NCBI RefSeq assembly: GCF_033153115.1
Contig: NW_026889805.1
Coordinates: forward strand, 4,340,001-4,404,000
Source of the DNA: Saccostrea echinata
Lineage: Eukaryota
DNA length: 64,000 nt
Direction of reading: 5' to 3'
Shown piece after piece: positions 1 to 13,110 of the stretch; positions within the stretch are counted from its first letter, which is position 1; each line of letters starts with the position of its first letter. The position numbers were made by a program, and so were the translations under genes. The notes beneath the pieces are model-generated. The model did not search any database and was not told the DNA's origin. It worked only from the letters and a program-made list of their open reading frames with translations.

Positions 1-222
1 CCTGTGGACTAATCGAAAAAGGAATAAAATCAGCATACACATGTATATAATATTTTCAATTTTTTTTAAGTGCAGAAAAAGAATGAAACTATTTTTCAGA
101 AATATGATTTCTTTTTGATATTGTCATCAATTATACTTGGCTGTTAACATACCAGTATCTAATTTTTCCTCTTCAGATTTCAAACAAACAAGAAAATTTG
201 TCTGCTTTACAATACACCTTAC

Positions 223-1837
223 CTTTTGATCCTTCATCTGGCAGAAAGGGATCATCTACAGACTTAACAGGAACCGGTCCTAACTTCATCAACTCTTTTG
301 TAAGATCATCAACTTCTTCTTCTTCCATCATCTGACGCAATTCTTCCTCCAGTTCATCCTAAAAGTGCATTTCACATTCTGTTGAAATCGCTGCATAAAA
401 AAATCGTATCATATTTTTCTCGGAGACTTGTTTAAAAACTTACGTCATCATCTGGACCAATACGCATGCTTAGGGCTTCTTGAGCCTCTCGTGCCAGTTC
501 CCTCTGTTCCTCTATATCCTCCATTAAGTTTTGTATTTTATCTACATCTCTGGAACAAATTGTTCAGACACACAAAGTGAATTATAAACTTCAAATACTT
601 TTAGTTAAAAAAATGCACATAGATTTTCATTTGAGACTAAATTCAATTTCCAGATAACCTTAAAAGAATAATAATAATATCGAGAGTATGATTTTCCGTA
701 GAATGTTCCAAACTGATAACTGCTTTAAGAAAGCTCTCAACACTCCTCACTAAAGAGTTTTGATTCCATGGTAGTTTTATGCAGTAAAAGTGACTTACCT
801 TTTGATGTACATTGGAATAAACAGAAAAAAATCTGTCAGTAAACTACACAGTTTGAAATAGATTCAGCTTTTTTAACATCATAATAGACCAGAAAGAATA
901 ACAGAATACAATATTTGCATGTATTTTCCCAAATGAATGTTAGTAGCTCAGTGTTCTCTGTTAATTACTACTCCATTGTCTTCCCACGTTTATGGCAGGT
1001 ACCCTATGTTGAAAACTAGATAAACCCACCCCTTATTTGATACAATTATCTGAAAGTCCTAAAAAAATCACATTAGTATTTACTATTTAGAGCTTTCTTA
1101 ATGCGAGCTATATATCAGTTAACTCATAAAACATTATTCTGCATCATATAACATATCATGACAAAATCTAAATATCATAACGTACAATTTTAGATTAGCC
1201 TTCTGTAGAGCTTCCTTGGCGGTTTTCATGACTTGAAGGACGGTGCTCGTGGTACCCACATTTTCTAAATCTTCCCTCTGTAGTTCAATGGTTGACAGAG
1301 TATTATCAACCTCGGTCAGCTGTTTTTCAAAGTTTTTCTTTTTCTTCAAGGCTTTTAAGGCAACTGTTGATCAAAGAGTAAAACTAATATCACAGGAGGC
1401 AGCTTTGTTTTCTCATTTTGAAAAAGAGAAGCAGTTTTTTGCAGAGAAAAGAAATGGAATTACACTTTATTTGCAATGTGCAATCAAAATTATTCTAAAC
1501 ATATGTAGTTAATATGTTTTCCTTTCAAAAATATGAATAATACTAGAGAATATATTTCGAATAATTCTGATGAATAAAGAAAATAAACTCCAGTGTTTTA
1601 CTTTTCCCCCTACAAACAGTTTTAAAATTAAATTTGTTATCGTGAAATTGTCGTACCTCGTTTGTTTTTAAATCCTGCGCTCCTCGCCTTTTCAGTTTCT
1701 TGTTGAATATTTTCTTCTAGATAAACTGATTTTTTATTTAACAAATCCTCCAGATCACGTAATTTTTGAATCGCTTGTTCCGTGGAAACATTCTCACTCT
1801 CTTTCCCCCAAAATCGACTCCAAAATTTAGAAGCCAT
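223..1837 (-). CDS. CHMP4: SNF7/CHMP4-family ESCRT-III subunit, divergent and 3'-partial. Exons 1837-1657, 1363-1186, 549-444, 358-223; next acceptor probably at positions 3-2
   Basis: GT-AG introns with matching phases give MASKFWSRFWGK..EQAIQKLRDLEDLLNKK..KNKRVALKALKKKKNFEKQL..TLSTIELQREDLEN..LDVDKIQNLMEDIEEQRELA..DELEEEL, colinear with CHMP4/Snf7 helices. Confidence 0.9.
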
Positions 1838-2113
1838 TTCTATCGGGATCGGAAAAAAACATTAAGGAACGACAACTCCAGTGTGTATTTATTCTTTACA
1901 GTTAGCGCGTGACGACATGTAATCATTTTGAATATAGAAACTTACAACCTTTAAATTTCCAGATAAATCATGACTATATATTAAGGGTATGTAAGGATCA
2001 CAAGCCTACAGGTGACTCATCAAGACTAATCTGTACATATCTGAGCATGATAAAAATTGTACACAAATAATTTTCGTGACTATCTACAAACTGATAAAAC
2101 ACTTCTAAAGGAT

Positions 2114-2155
<42 letters not shown>

Positions 2156-2749
2156 TTTATTTTATTTTATTTTTAAAAAAACTATAATGAATAAATCAGG
2201 CCGGTAGGAAGCAATTTAAGGGAACCAAACATTTTTGGGGGGAGGCACTACCAAGCATTTAATTTACTTGACATTAGATGTATAGAACACTCTATCGTTA
2301 AAATGATATTGTTTTACGTTCTTTTGTTATGCCCTGTCCGTGTTATGGTGTTTTTAAATGCCGTAGCTTTCCTTACAATTTATAAGCAAAATACATGTGG
2401 AATGTAAATAAACTAATATAAATAAACACATATTATAAATGTGTATTTATTTTATCCTGCAACTACCCCTTGGATTGACCTAATAAAGGTAACCTAATAA
2501 ACCAAAGTTTTATTCGGTCAATTCCCTAATAATTTAATTCTAGTTATAACGCGGTATTTGATTGGATAAAAAAATTTACTTTATATCGTATAAATTGGGT
2601 TGCCTACGTCACAATGACTTGCGTCAAAAACGTATCGATCCGCCTGACGTTACATTTGAATTCTGTACAATTTGAAGTCATTTTTTAGGGGCAACCATCT
2701 TTTTTCTTAAACTAAATGAATGAAAATTAAATTATAAGGAATGAATTTA

Positions 2750-3418
2750 ATAGCTACCCATTTTATACTGTATAAAGTGGGTTGGAACAGTTTACGCTTT
2801 TTTATGTAAGGGTTAATGTACGAGTAGCGCTCCATTCCTTAAAAGTAATGGAGCCGAGGCCCCGAAGGGGCCGAGGCCCATTGCTTTTAAGGAATGGAGC
2901 GCCACGAGTATATTAACCCGCGTAAAATTCACCTTTTTAAAATGCTTGTATTTATTTTTGTTAATATATAATAAAGAATATTTATATGATACACTGTAAA
3001 TATACATTAGATATTAGTAGTTAATTTATATATAGAGAGAAAGTAGGGCGAAAAAAGTGTACTGAAGTTATTCTAACCCAGTGACAGCCAACTGCTTCGA
3101 TAGCACAGTGAAATGAGTTGCCGATTACGAAGATGAGGTTCGATTCTCGACATTAGAACATATCTATTTTTTTCTTAATGTGAAAATAAACCTGATAAAA
3201 TTTTCTAAGTTCTTTCCTCGGAAGAGGCAAGGGAAGGAGAAAAAGAACATAACAAATTCCCTTTTCAATGTTATTTGCAACTCTCCATTCCTGAAAAATA
3301 ATGGAGCGCTCAAACAAAGGAGTGACGTCACAGGTGGATTTTACAAACCGCTTCGCGGTTTATAAAGCGTAAACTAACTGCCCCAACCCACTTTATACCT
3401 TATAAAATGGGTAGCTAT
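2750..3418. mobile_element. Non-autonomous TIR element (MITE) with an internal long hairpin
   Basis: ~50-bp imperfect TIRs (ATAGCTACCCATTTTATA..GTTTACGCTTT / AAAGCGTAAAC..TATAAAATGGGTAGCTAT); internal palindrome 2810-2919 centred on GGCCCC-GAA-GGGGCC. Confidence 0.75.
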
Positions 3419-3425
3419 GTTATAG

Positions 3426-3553
3426 TTACACTACAGATATTAATTGGCTATCGGTAAATACACTCACAGTTTTTCATTCACGAGGGGCGGAGCCCCGAGT
3501 GAATAAAAACTGTGAGTGTATTTACCAATAGCCAATTAATATCTATTGTGTAA
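3426..3553. repeat. Long palindrome, probably the end of a hairpin-type non-autonomous DNA transposon
   Basis: ~60-bp near-perfect arms around GGGGC-GGA-GCCCC. Confidence 0.75.
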
Positions 3554-5548
3554 GTTACTTGTACCAGAGGACCAATGAGAGAAAATCAAGTTGATAATAA
3601 GCACCGCCTACTACATGGTGTCAAGCCACGGTCCGGAGTCTGTAGTATAAATAGCTGTCTCCATCTGCAAGGATCATATTTTGCTACGGTTCTGCTGCTG
3701 CAAATCACTGATAAAAAATTCGGAATGGGTGCATGTGATGATGTTGTACTTTCGAAATGTTGAAGACACAGAGGACATGATTTTTTTTTGGTCAGGTACA
3801 GGTGTAAGGATTGTAAACTACATATAATATACTGACGCCGTTGAAATTTTCATATATAGCAATCGACGTATAGAAACAGGGACATATATACTGTCTAGTA
3901 TATAGGTCCCTGATAGACACCATGAAATGATTTCTGACATTATAATGAAAGTTTGAAATGCTTTATGAAGTAAAAAAAACGCAGGGACTTCTGATCAGTG
4001 TTAAATTGCTACATGTACTTAGAAAATAGAAAGACGAGAATTCGAGAAGAATGTGTCAGGGAACGCATAGAAAAATTAAGGAAAAAATTACGAGGCGAAT
4101 TTTTAGTATTTTTAAAATTTAAAATGTTGACTTCATTCATTCATCAGCCATTGCCAAGCATCATTCATTCATCAGTCAAGGTCTTGTCACAGTATGGCAT
4201 GATGCCAAAAAGTGGGCGTGACTTAAAAAACTGTGATTTTTCTGGCAAATAGCCTACACAACAGCAACATCAAAGCAAAATCTACCGCCAGTTCTATGGT
4301 ACAATAACGTAGGTCGCGGGTTTGCTGACGTCATTAAAACTGGGTCCGCAATTTATATGGTTTGGGCGACTTTCTTATGCACATTTGATTATGACGTCAC
4401 AATGAAAAAGAAATTTCTGTACATCATTATCTACCTACTAGTATAACTTTTGTTGGAATTGGTATTTTATTGTTATATTATTTAAGGAGATGAAGGACAC
4501 ATGGTCACATGACTTTGTTAAACTACGTCATATCTCCATTTATATAAGTGCAAAACGTGTAAAGCATCAGTTCTTGTAAAAAAAATTTGACAATTTTTTT
4601 TCTTTAATTACCATCTTATATTAAAAAAAATAAAAAGTTTAACATTCTTGTTAACATTAACAAATTATGAAAAAGATTGATCCACTCCTCTGTTTCTTTA
4701 CAAGTCGGTGACATCATACACGATCTGCTAGTACAGCAAGATCATACTCGGTGAATACAAGGGCGGTATTATTATGTAAAAACAGGTCATAATCAGTATA
4801 TGATGAAGTATTTTGAGAAACGGGGAACACAAAAATTATTTTTGCATGGCTGATGACGGAAATCTTATGTAGGTATATCTTATTTCGCTTATTTAGCTTA
4901 CGTGTGACGTCACAGTTGGTTTTTCCCGTACTCGAGAAATGTAAACATGACAAGTTTTTGTCCTGCTTATGTCGTCTTTAACGATGTTCTGTGCAATATT
5001 GAGGTCAGCTTCACCATTCCAAATTTTTACAGTTAATCAATAATTTGAGGGACTTGCATTTTAACGTAAATTTAAAAATATTGAATGATAGGATTTGTTG
5101 TGAATTACGTTTTTTGTTGTTTAAGTTGTCTTAAAAAGTTCGTAATTTTCCCTATCCAGATGCAGTGTGATAGATGAAACTTGCCTTTTCGAATTTTAAA
5201 CCCAATTCATACTCTGAAATATTTTAAAAGATACATGTTCACTTACATATTTTTTATATATGCTTTAAAAATCCAATTATGGACAGAGTAATGAGCCCGG
5301 AAACATGGAGAATTAAAACTCCACTTAGAAACTGTAGGGCATAATATTTGTCAATCAATATCTCTAAAATAAGGTAAGAAACCTAATGATATAACTGCTT
5401 TAAGGTATGTGGGACATACTTAATAAGAAATGTACAAAATATGAAAAAAATTGAATGACAAGTATTTTTTCAGCTAAAGGTCCTTCTTCCCCTTAAGGCA
5501 CAACTTATCACAAATAATGAAAGTTTTTTACAATTTGAATAGTCGATA

Positions 5549-6609
5549 AAATATATGGAGATAACGAACAGTATTCAAGCTCAAAAGTCCATTAAACAAT
5601 ACAAAATAGGAGCAGAGCAAACACGGACCTCTAAACATCAGAGGTGGGATCAGGTGCCATGGAGGAGTGAGCATCCCCTGCCGACCGGTCACACCCGCCG
5701 TGTGCTCCTTGTCATGATCGGGAAATAACGGAAAAATCCGTCGACAATTCAGTGTGTAAATAATGGCCTAACAATTAGTATGAAAAACGTCAGTCAGCAT
5801 TTGACTCAATGATAAATTGTATTTGCTGACAAGTACATTGTATCGACCATAGAACTTACGAAATGATGACTTTAAACGAGACAGCTGATATTCTTGTTTC
5901 ATCAACTTGTTTGTCAACAATTTACCTCGTTTAAGAAATTGTTCATACGTAGAGCATGCTCTTGCGTATCGAATCAACTGAGAGATATATACCCCGTATG
6001 CAGGTGATGAAGGTATATTGCTGCATAAGTAAGGGAAATTGACGATTGAAAAGTTAAAGTCATCACGTTTATCATAAAGCTTGGTTGTTAGATTACCATT
6101 AACGTCTTTTTCAAGTAAAATATCCAAATATGAAACAGATGTGTCGGACTCTGTGGTATCTTTTATCTCAAGCTCACCAGGATATATCGTATCGACATAA
6201 GAATGAAAATAGCCATTGTTAATTGACAATACATCGTCGATATATCTAAATGTCGAGTTGAAGGCCACAACAAGTGTTTTCTTCTTTTCATGTACAAGAT
6301 TTTGGACAAATTCTGCTTCATATGAATACCAAAAAAGGTTTGCTAATAACGAGGCGCAATTGGTACCCATGGGAATTCCAGTAGGTTGTTGGAAGACCTG
6401 GTCTCCCAAAACCACATAGATATTGTCAATCAGAAACTCAAGCATCTTTTTAATGTCAACTTCAGAGTACTTGTGTGTACAATCAGAATGTTTTTTAACA
6501 AAATAATTTTGCAAATGACCAATGACAAGGTAAGTATATTTACGAGTTCCATTTTTATTGAAAAAGCAGCTGTCAATTATATCAAAAAGCCTGGACTTTA
6601 ATTTATCGT
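5549..6609 (-). mobile_element. 5'-truncated Penelope-like retroelement (RT at C-terminus, Naiad-like), open frame
   Basis: GIPMGTNC, FRYIDD and LYDKRDDFNF..PAYGVYISQLIRYARAC motifs; ORF stops right after the thumb region with no C-terminal GIY-YIG; conserved 3' tail. Confidence 0.85.
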
Positions 6610-8789
6610 ATTTAGATATAACTTTTGTTGGAAATGGTACACAGTAGCTTAGTGTAATATATTATTTATAGAACAAACTGAAGTTATCAAATATAATGAA
6701 GGCTTATATTACGATTTGAATCCAACACTGGACGTATTAAAAAGCGTTTCATTATGTTTTATCAATCGCATCCCGGAGAGCGCCCGGAGAGAATTTTCGG
6801 CTTGTTGGAAAGGTCCGCGAAATTGCGATTGATTAGATATCACATGGTATCGCGAAACGATATGGGCACATGTTTCAACTGACCTCTTTTCCTTTGAACG
6901 TATTTGAATTAGCAGTTTGTTTAATTAATAAAGAAATCATTATATAACAATCACAAATACACCTATTACATTAAAAGTTTAACCTTTATTTTTAAAAATA
7001 TATTTAAAGGTTTATCACAAATTAAAAACTGCTAAGGTACTATGAAACATAAACTAATACATTTTTTGAGCGACACTGACCTCCTGTAAGTAAACACAGG
7101 CACTTGGGATATGGATTCCCCCTTTCCATATTTTTTTCTCTTTAAATCTGGGGTCGATTCACCTTTTTCCTCTTTTTGTATTCTAATACCGACAATTTAC
7201 CCTTAGGCCGTAAAGATGCCCTTAGATGCGGGTAAATTAAACGAAATATTTACTAATCGGGGGCACATGAAAATTAAATGGAAATATGAAACGGAAGAAG
7301 AATGTGTAAAAAAAAAAAATCATTGATGTCTACATATTTCATGTTATCTTATGCTGTAGATAAATAATCATGCGAAGTTTAAGTTTAAGAAGTGAGTTAA
7401 ACGACGAGAAAATGACGTAGTTCTTAAAAATGTTGAATTTTGCGATATAAAATCAATTGTCTACATTTAAATTACCCGAAGACATATTATTTTTTCCACA
7501 TAGATTCATTTCAAATCAATTCTACTTTAAGATACCAAATGGGGCCAATTTCGTCTGCACCATTTAAAAGTTAATGATATTTTTTGAAAAAAAAAATCTT
7601 GCCTGAAAACGAGCCGAAATAGGAGGATAAAACGTACGCTCAACTAGGACCTCTGGACACCCGCAAATAGTTCGTCATTTTGCGTAGTAATAAAACATTA
7701 TATGCACAAAAGTAAATTCATCTGTATCAATATGGTGGCCTCAGGTCACCCTATGTTTTGATTGAATTTTATCTAAAAAAAAAAAAAAGAAGAAGTTTTC
7801 TCTGTATTACTCCAACACAATTATATTAATAACTTTATATTCTAGTAGATCTTTCTAATAGATTAGCAGAGACGTGAAGGTAATGTTTTAAACATTAAAA
7901 CATGACAACAAGTTGTTGTCATAATTAAGGCTCGGTGTCGGACGCCCCTCCCCCCACCCCTTTCACAAATGTTCGGTGCTTAACTTTATCAAACAATACA
8001 TGTATTATTATCAGCGGTTTGAGAACCAGTGTACTTTATTTGTTACTGTGTTAAAAATTGCACACAGGGAAATTGAGACTTTAGTCATAAACCTAAAGTG
8101 TTCAATTTAGGTCTATGGTTCAGTATTATCATCAGTCATCTACGATACTTGACTCTGCTTAACTAAAAGACAACGAAAAAAAGGCAAACAGTATGAAAAT
8201 ACGCTTCTTCTGAACATTTAATCATGTGAAGAAAAAATTATTTCTTTCACTATATAATTTCGCCTATCGTACATAATCAAAGAGTACACCAGTTCTTTTA
8301 TCATTACACAAATAAAGGTTATTTTATATCATAATAATAAAGATAAAGGTTACCTCTGTTCCTATAGGAAAAAGAAAATCCACAGAAATTAAGAACTTTA
8401 AATGAAAATAAAATTAAGTCCAAATTTCGTTTTAATATCCTGAATTTGTTTTCAAATTAACTGATTTTCATCTACAAACATATAGTGAACAATTGAAATA
8501 AAAAGGTTGAGATACCAAACAGAATTTGATCTCAAAAATCCTATTAACAAAGTTATTTGAAAACAGAGTATAAAACACAGATCCCTAAATTCCAGAGATA
8601 TGATCAAATGCATAGAAGGGATCATCCCTGGTCATATCAAATTTATTGTCATAAGCCTGCTTTGAGCAATATTTTGCATATGGAATGATAAAAAAAATGT
8701 GTCATATCAATGCGGAGACCGGAGACCATCAGGTATTGTATGTCAATAAGGAAACAAGAGTGTGCAAAACAGTCACCAGATACCACCAA

Positions 8790-9888
8790 TGTGGAGACCA
8801 GTGGTAGACTAATGTTTCATATCAAAAGAGGTCACCTTATATTGTACATCGATAGGGAGACCAGAGGTCACCTTATATTGTACATCAATAAGAAAACCAG
8901 AGGTCACCTTATATTGTATATCAATACGGAAACAATAGGAAACCTTATATTGTACATTATTAGGGAGAACAAAGGTAATCTTATATTGTACATCAGTAGG
9001 GAGACCAGAGTTCACCTCATATTGTACATCAATACGGAAACAATAGGAAACCTTATATTGTACATCAATAGGGAGACAAGAGGACACCTTTTATTGTACA
9101 TCAATAGAGATACCAGTACTCAACCTATATTGTACATTATTAGGGAGACCAGAGATAACCTTTTATTGTATATCACTAGGGAGACCAGAGGTCACCCTAT
9201 ATAGTATATCATTAGGGAGACCAGAGGTCACCTTATATTGTACATCAATAGGGAGACCAGAGGTCACCCTGTATAGTATATCATTAGGGAGACCAGAGAT
9301 CACTTATTTTGTACTTCAATACAGATACCGTAGGACACCTTATATTGTCTATTAATAGGGAGAAAAAAGATCACCTTATATTGTACATTAATTGGGAGAC
9401 CAGAGGTCACCTTATATTGTACATCAATACGGAGACCAGTGGTCACATTATATTGTACATAATTAGGGAGACCAAAGATCACCTTGTATTGTATATGGTA
9501 CATTAAGAGGGAGACCAGAGGTCACCTTATATTGTATATCAACAGAAAGACCAGCGGTCACCTTTTATTATACATCAATATGAAGACCAGAGATCACTTA
9601 TTATGTACATCAATAAGGTAACCAGAGGACACCTTATATTGTACAGAATAAGGGAGACCAGAGGTTACTTATTTTATACATTAAAGGGAAACCAGAGGTA
9701 ATTCATTTTGAACATCAATAGGGAGACCAGTGGTCACTTTATATTTTACATAATTAGGGAGACCAGAGGTAACCTTTTATTGTATATCAATAGGGAGACC
9801 AGAGGTCACCTTATATTGTACATCAATAGGGAGACCAGAGGTCACCTTATATTGTACATCAATAGGGAGACCAGAGGTCACTTATTTT
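8790..9888 (+). repeat. 36-bp minisatellite (GGGAGACCAGAGGTCACCTTATATTGTACATCAATA)n, roughly 30 degenerate copies
   Basis: Direct periodicity; explains the RETRGHLILYIN pseudo-ORFs. Confidence 0.95.
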
Positions 9889-10521
9889 GACCTTGTCAGC
9901 AAATACAATTTATCATTAAGTCAAATGCTGACTGTACAATATAAGGTGTCATCTAGTGTCCCTATTGATGTATAATATAATTTGACTTTGGTCTCCCTGT
10001 TAATGTAAAATATAAGATGACCTCTGGTCTCCGTTTTGATATGCATCATTAGTTTACCTCTTATCCTAACATTGGTGGTATCTGGTTACTGTTTTTCACA
10101 CTCCAGACTCTTTATTGAAATACCATACTATATGACCTCCGGTCTCTGCATTGGTTTGTCACATTATTTATCATTCCATTTGCAAGATATTGTTCAAAGA
10201 AGGTTGTTGACAATAAATTTGATGTAACCAGTCAACAAGGGATGCTCGCTCCTATGCATCTGATCTCATCTCTGGAATTTAGGAATCTGTGTTTTCTGCT
10301 CTGTTCTCAAAGTCCCTTATTAATAGGATTTTTGAGATCAATCTCTGTTTGGTATCTCAATCTTTTTTTTCATTGTTCAGTATATGTTTGTAGTAGAGTA
10401 TCAGTTAATTTGAAAACAAATTCAGGATATTAAAACTAAATTTGGACTTAATCTTATTCTAATTTAAAGTTCTTAAAGTCTGTGGATTTCCTGGAGGAAC
10501 AGAGGTACTTTTTATTTGTTT

Positions 10522-11478
10522 TATATGAAGCAGAATCTGTTAAAATTCTTTTACGTGAAAAGAAGAAAACACTTGCTGTGCATGGTCTTCAACTCGACAT
10601 TTAGATATATCAACGACGTATTGCTAATTAACAATAGTTATTCCCATTCGTATGTCGACGCAATATACTGTACGTGTACATAATTTGGCGTATTCAAAAT
10701 CACTGAGTTGTTATCGTAATCATGAATTAGCGCTACACATGTCTGTGTCCTGTATTGTATTAAGAAATTATTTCTTATTTCGGTATTCATAAATTAGAGC
10801 ATCGTCGTCCGCACCAAAGTCGCTAAAATATGAAGCCTGCTTGTTAAGTACACATACAGTTTCCCGGTGAGCTTGAAATAAAAGAGTCTGATTCATCTGT
10901 TTTATATTTGGATATTTTACTAGAAAAAGACGTTAATGGTTATCTAACAACAAAGCTTTATGATAAACGTGATGGCTTTAACTTTTCAATCGTCAACTTC
11001 CCTTACTTATGCAGCAATATACCTTTGTCACCTGCATACGGAGTTTATATCTCTCAGTTGATTCGATACGGAAGAGCATGCTCTACGTATGATCAATTTC
11101 TAAAACGAGTTAAGTAATTTACAAACAAGTTGATGAAGCAAGAATATCAGCAGTCTCGTTTAAAGTCATCATTTCGTAAGTTCTATGGTCGATACAATGA
11201 CCTTGTCGGCAATTAAGTCAAATGCTGAGTGACTTTTTTTCAAACTGATTGTTAGGCCATTATTCACACACTGAGTTGCCCACGGATTTTTCCGTTTTTT
11301 CCCGAACATGACAAGGAGCAAACGGCGGGTGTGACCGGTCGGCATGGGATGCTCACTCCTCCATGGCACCTGATCCCACCTCTGATGTTTAGGAGGTCCG
11401 TGTTTGTTCCGCTCCTATTTTGTAATGTTTAATGGACCTTTGAGTTCGAATACTGTTCGTTATCTCCACATATTTCAT
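10522..11478 (+). mobile_element. Degenerate 5'-truncated Penelope-like RT copy
   Basis: YEAE, FRYINDV and LYDKRDGFNFSIVNFP remnants with frameshifts; ends in the conserved 3' tail ..TATTTCAT. Confidence 0.85.
10668..10859. mobile_element. Small Tc1/mariner-type MITE nested in the PLE
   Basis: Ends CTGTACGTGTAC / GTACACATACAG; inserted at a TA in the RT 'GATATATCCC' site, and the PLE sequence resumes on either side. Confidence 0.6.
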
Positions 11479-11699
11479 AATCTTTATTTGTGTTATGATA
11501 TAAAAGAACTGTTGCAATCTTTGTTTATGTAAGATGTGAGAAATTATTGAGTGAAAGAAGTAATTTTTTTCACATGATGAAATGTTCAGAAGCTTATTTT
11601 CATACTTATTGCCTTTATTTTGTTTTTGAGTTGTCTTTTAGTTAAGCAGAGTCTAGTATCGTAGAAGCCTGATCTCTGCATTCATATAAACTTTTTGTG

Positions 11700-13110
11700 A
11701 TATCTGGTCTCTCTATAACACTGTAATGTACAATATATAGAGATCTTTGGTCTCCGTATTCATTCACAACTTTACGTGACCTCTGCATGGTCTCCCTAAT
11801 TATGTTTTATATAAGAGAACCTCTGGTCTTGACATTTATATAAACTCTATGTGACCTCTGGTCTCTCTAATGAACAACATAAGGTAACCTCCGGTCTCCA
11901 CAATGAAGTGCAACGTAAGGTGACCTCTGGTCTCCCTATTGGTGTACAATATTACGTGACCTCTGGTTTCCCTATTAATGTAAAATTTAAGGTGACTTCT
12001 GGTCTCCGAAGGATGTACAATATAAGGAGTCCTTTGGTCACCCTAATGAAGTACACATAAGGGGGCCTCTGGTGTCCATATTCATATTATACATGTGATC
12101 AGTGGTCTGCAAAGAATGAACAATATAAGATGCTCTCTGGTCTTCATATTCATACACAACTTTGTGACCTCTGGTCTCGTGAATAATGTATACCATTAGA
12201 TGACCTCTGTTCTCCGTATTCATAAACACTTTTATGTAAAATATGGTCTCCCCTATGATTAACAAGGGGACTCCAGGTATCCAGGTCTCCAGGTCTCCGT
12301 ATTCATCTACAACATTATGTGACTTCCGGTTTCCCTACTAATGTAAAATATAGGGTGACCTCTGGTCTCCCTATTGATTTAAAATATAAGGTGTCCTCTG
12401 GTTTCCCTATCAGTGTACAATATAAGGTGTCCTCTGATCTCCCAACTAATGTAGGATATAAGGGGACCTTATGGTCTCCCTTTTGATGTACAATATAAGT
12501 GATCTCTGGTTTCCCTATTGATGTACAATATAAGGTGTCTTCTGGTCTCCCTACTGATGTAGGATATAAGGGGACCTCTGGTCTCCCTATTTATGTACAA
12601 TATAAGGGGACCTCTGGTCACCCTAATGAAGTACACCTAATTGGGACCTCTGGTCTCCCTACTAATAACAAGGGGACTCCAGGTCTCCGTATTCATCTAC
12701 AACATTATGTGACTTCTGGTTTCCCTACTAATGTAAAATATAGGGTGACCTCTGGTCTCCCTATTGATATAAAATATAAGGTGTCCTCTGGTCTCCCTAT
12801 AGTTGTAGGATATAAGGGGGACCTCTGGTTTCCCTATAGATGTAGGATATAAGGGGACCTCTTGTCTTTCTTCTGATGTACAATACAATGTGATCTCTGG
12901 TCCTCCTAATGATGTACAATATAAGGGGACCTATGGTCCCCGTATTCCTAAACTTTGTTACCTCTGCCCCCCACATAAAGAATATGGAAACATGAGGTTG
13001 TCTTATATTGTACATCAATAAGGATATCAGAGGTCAGACGAAGTGGTATATGAATCAGTAGACCAGAGGTAATCTTATATTGTTCATTATTAGGAAAACA
13101 TGAGGTTACT
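11700..13110 (-). repeat. Second array of the 36-bp minisatellite (minus orientation to ~12950, then a short plus tract)
   Basis: Repeated TATAAGGTGACCTCTGGTCTCCCTATTGATGTACAA; internal higher-order duplication 12260-12400 vs 12667-12800. Confidence 0.9.

Larger units (their letters stand above)
8135..11672. repeat. Large diverged inverted duplication flanking the satellite
   Basis: 8335-8826 matches the reverse complement of 10034-10520, and 8135-8322 matches the reverse complement of 11478-11672; the right arm is split by a PLE insertion. Confidence 0.8.

Noticed and set aside
3877-3912. 36-bp CAGGGAC..GTCCCTG palindrome as a hAT mini-element
   Set aside because: The 8-bp TSD only fits by overlapping the terminus; too short to support
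2600-4915. Cluster of TGACGTCA (CRE) sites as a CHMP4 enhancer
   Set aside because: Several lie in or near repeat-like sequence; no independent evidence of function
6216-6419. Recurrent MLIDNTSSIYLNVELK ORFs (also 22406, 26061, 59210)
   Set aside because: Antisense shadows of the RT frame
5768-6514. Retron, group II intron or DGR-type prokaryotic RT system
   Set aside because: Multi-copy, 5'-truncated, with PLE-type motifs in an intron-rich animal genome
8710-9890. Repeat-protein ORFs (RETRGHLILYIN)n and their antisense versions, also at 11851-13018
   Set aside because: By-product of a 36-bp (multiple of 3) satellite; frequent frameshifts and stops, and present on both strands
8790-13110. 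CRISPR-like array
   Set aside because: Units are contiguous with no unique spacers; eukaryotic context; no cas genes
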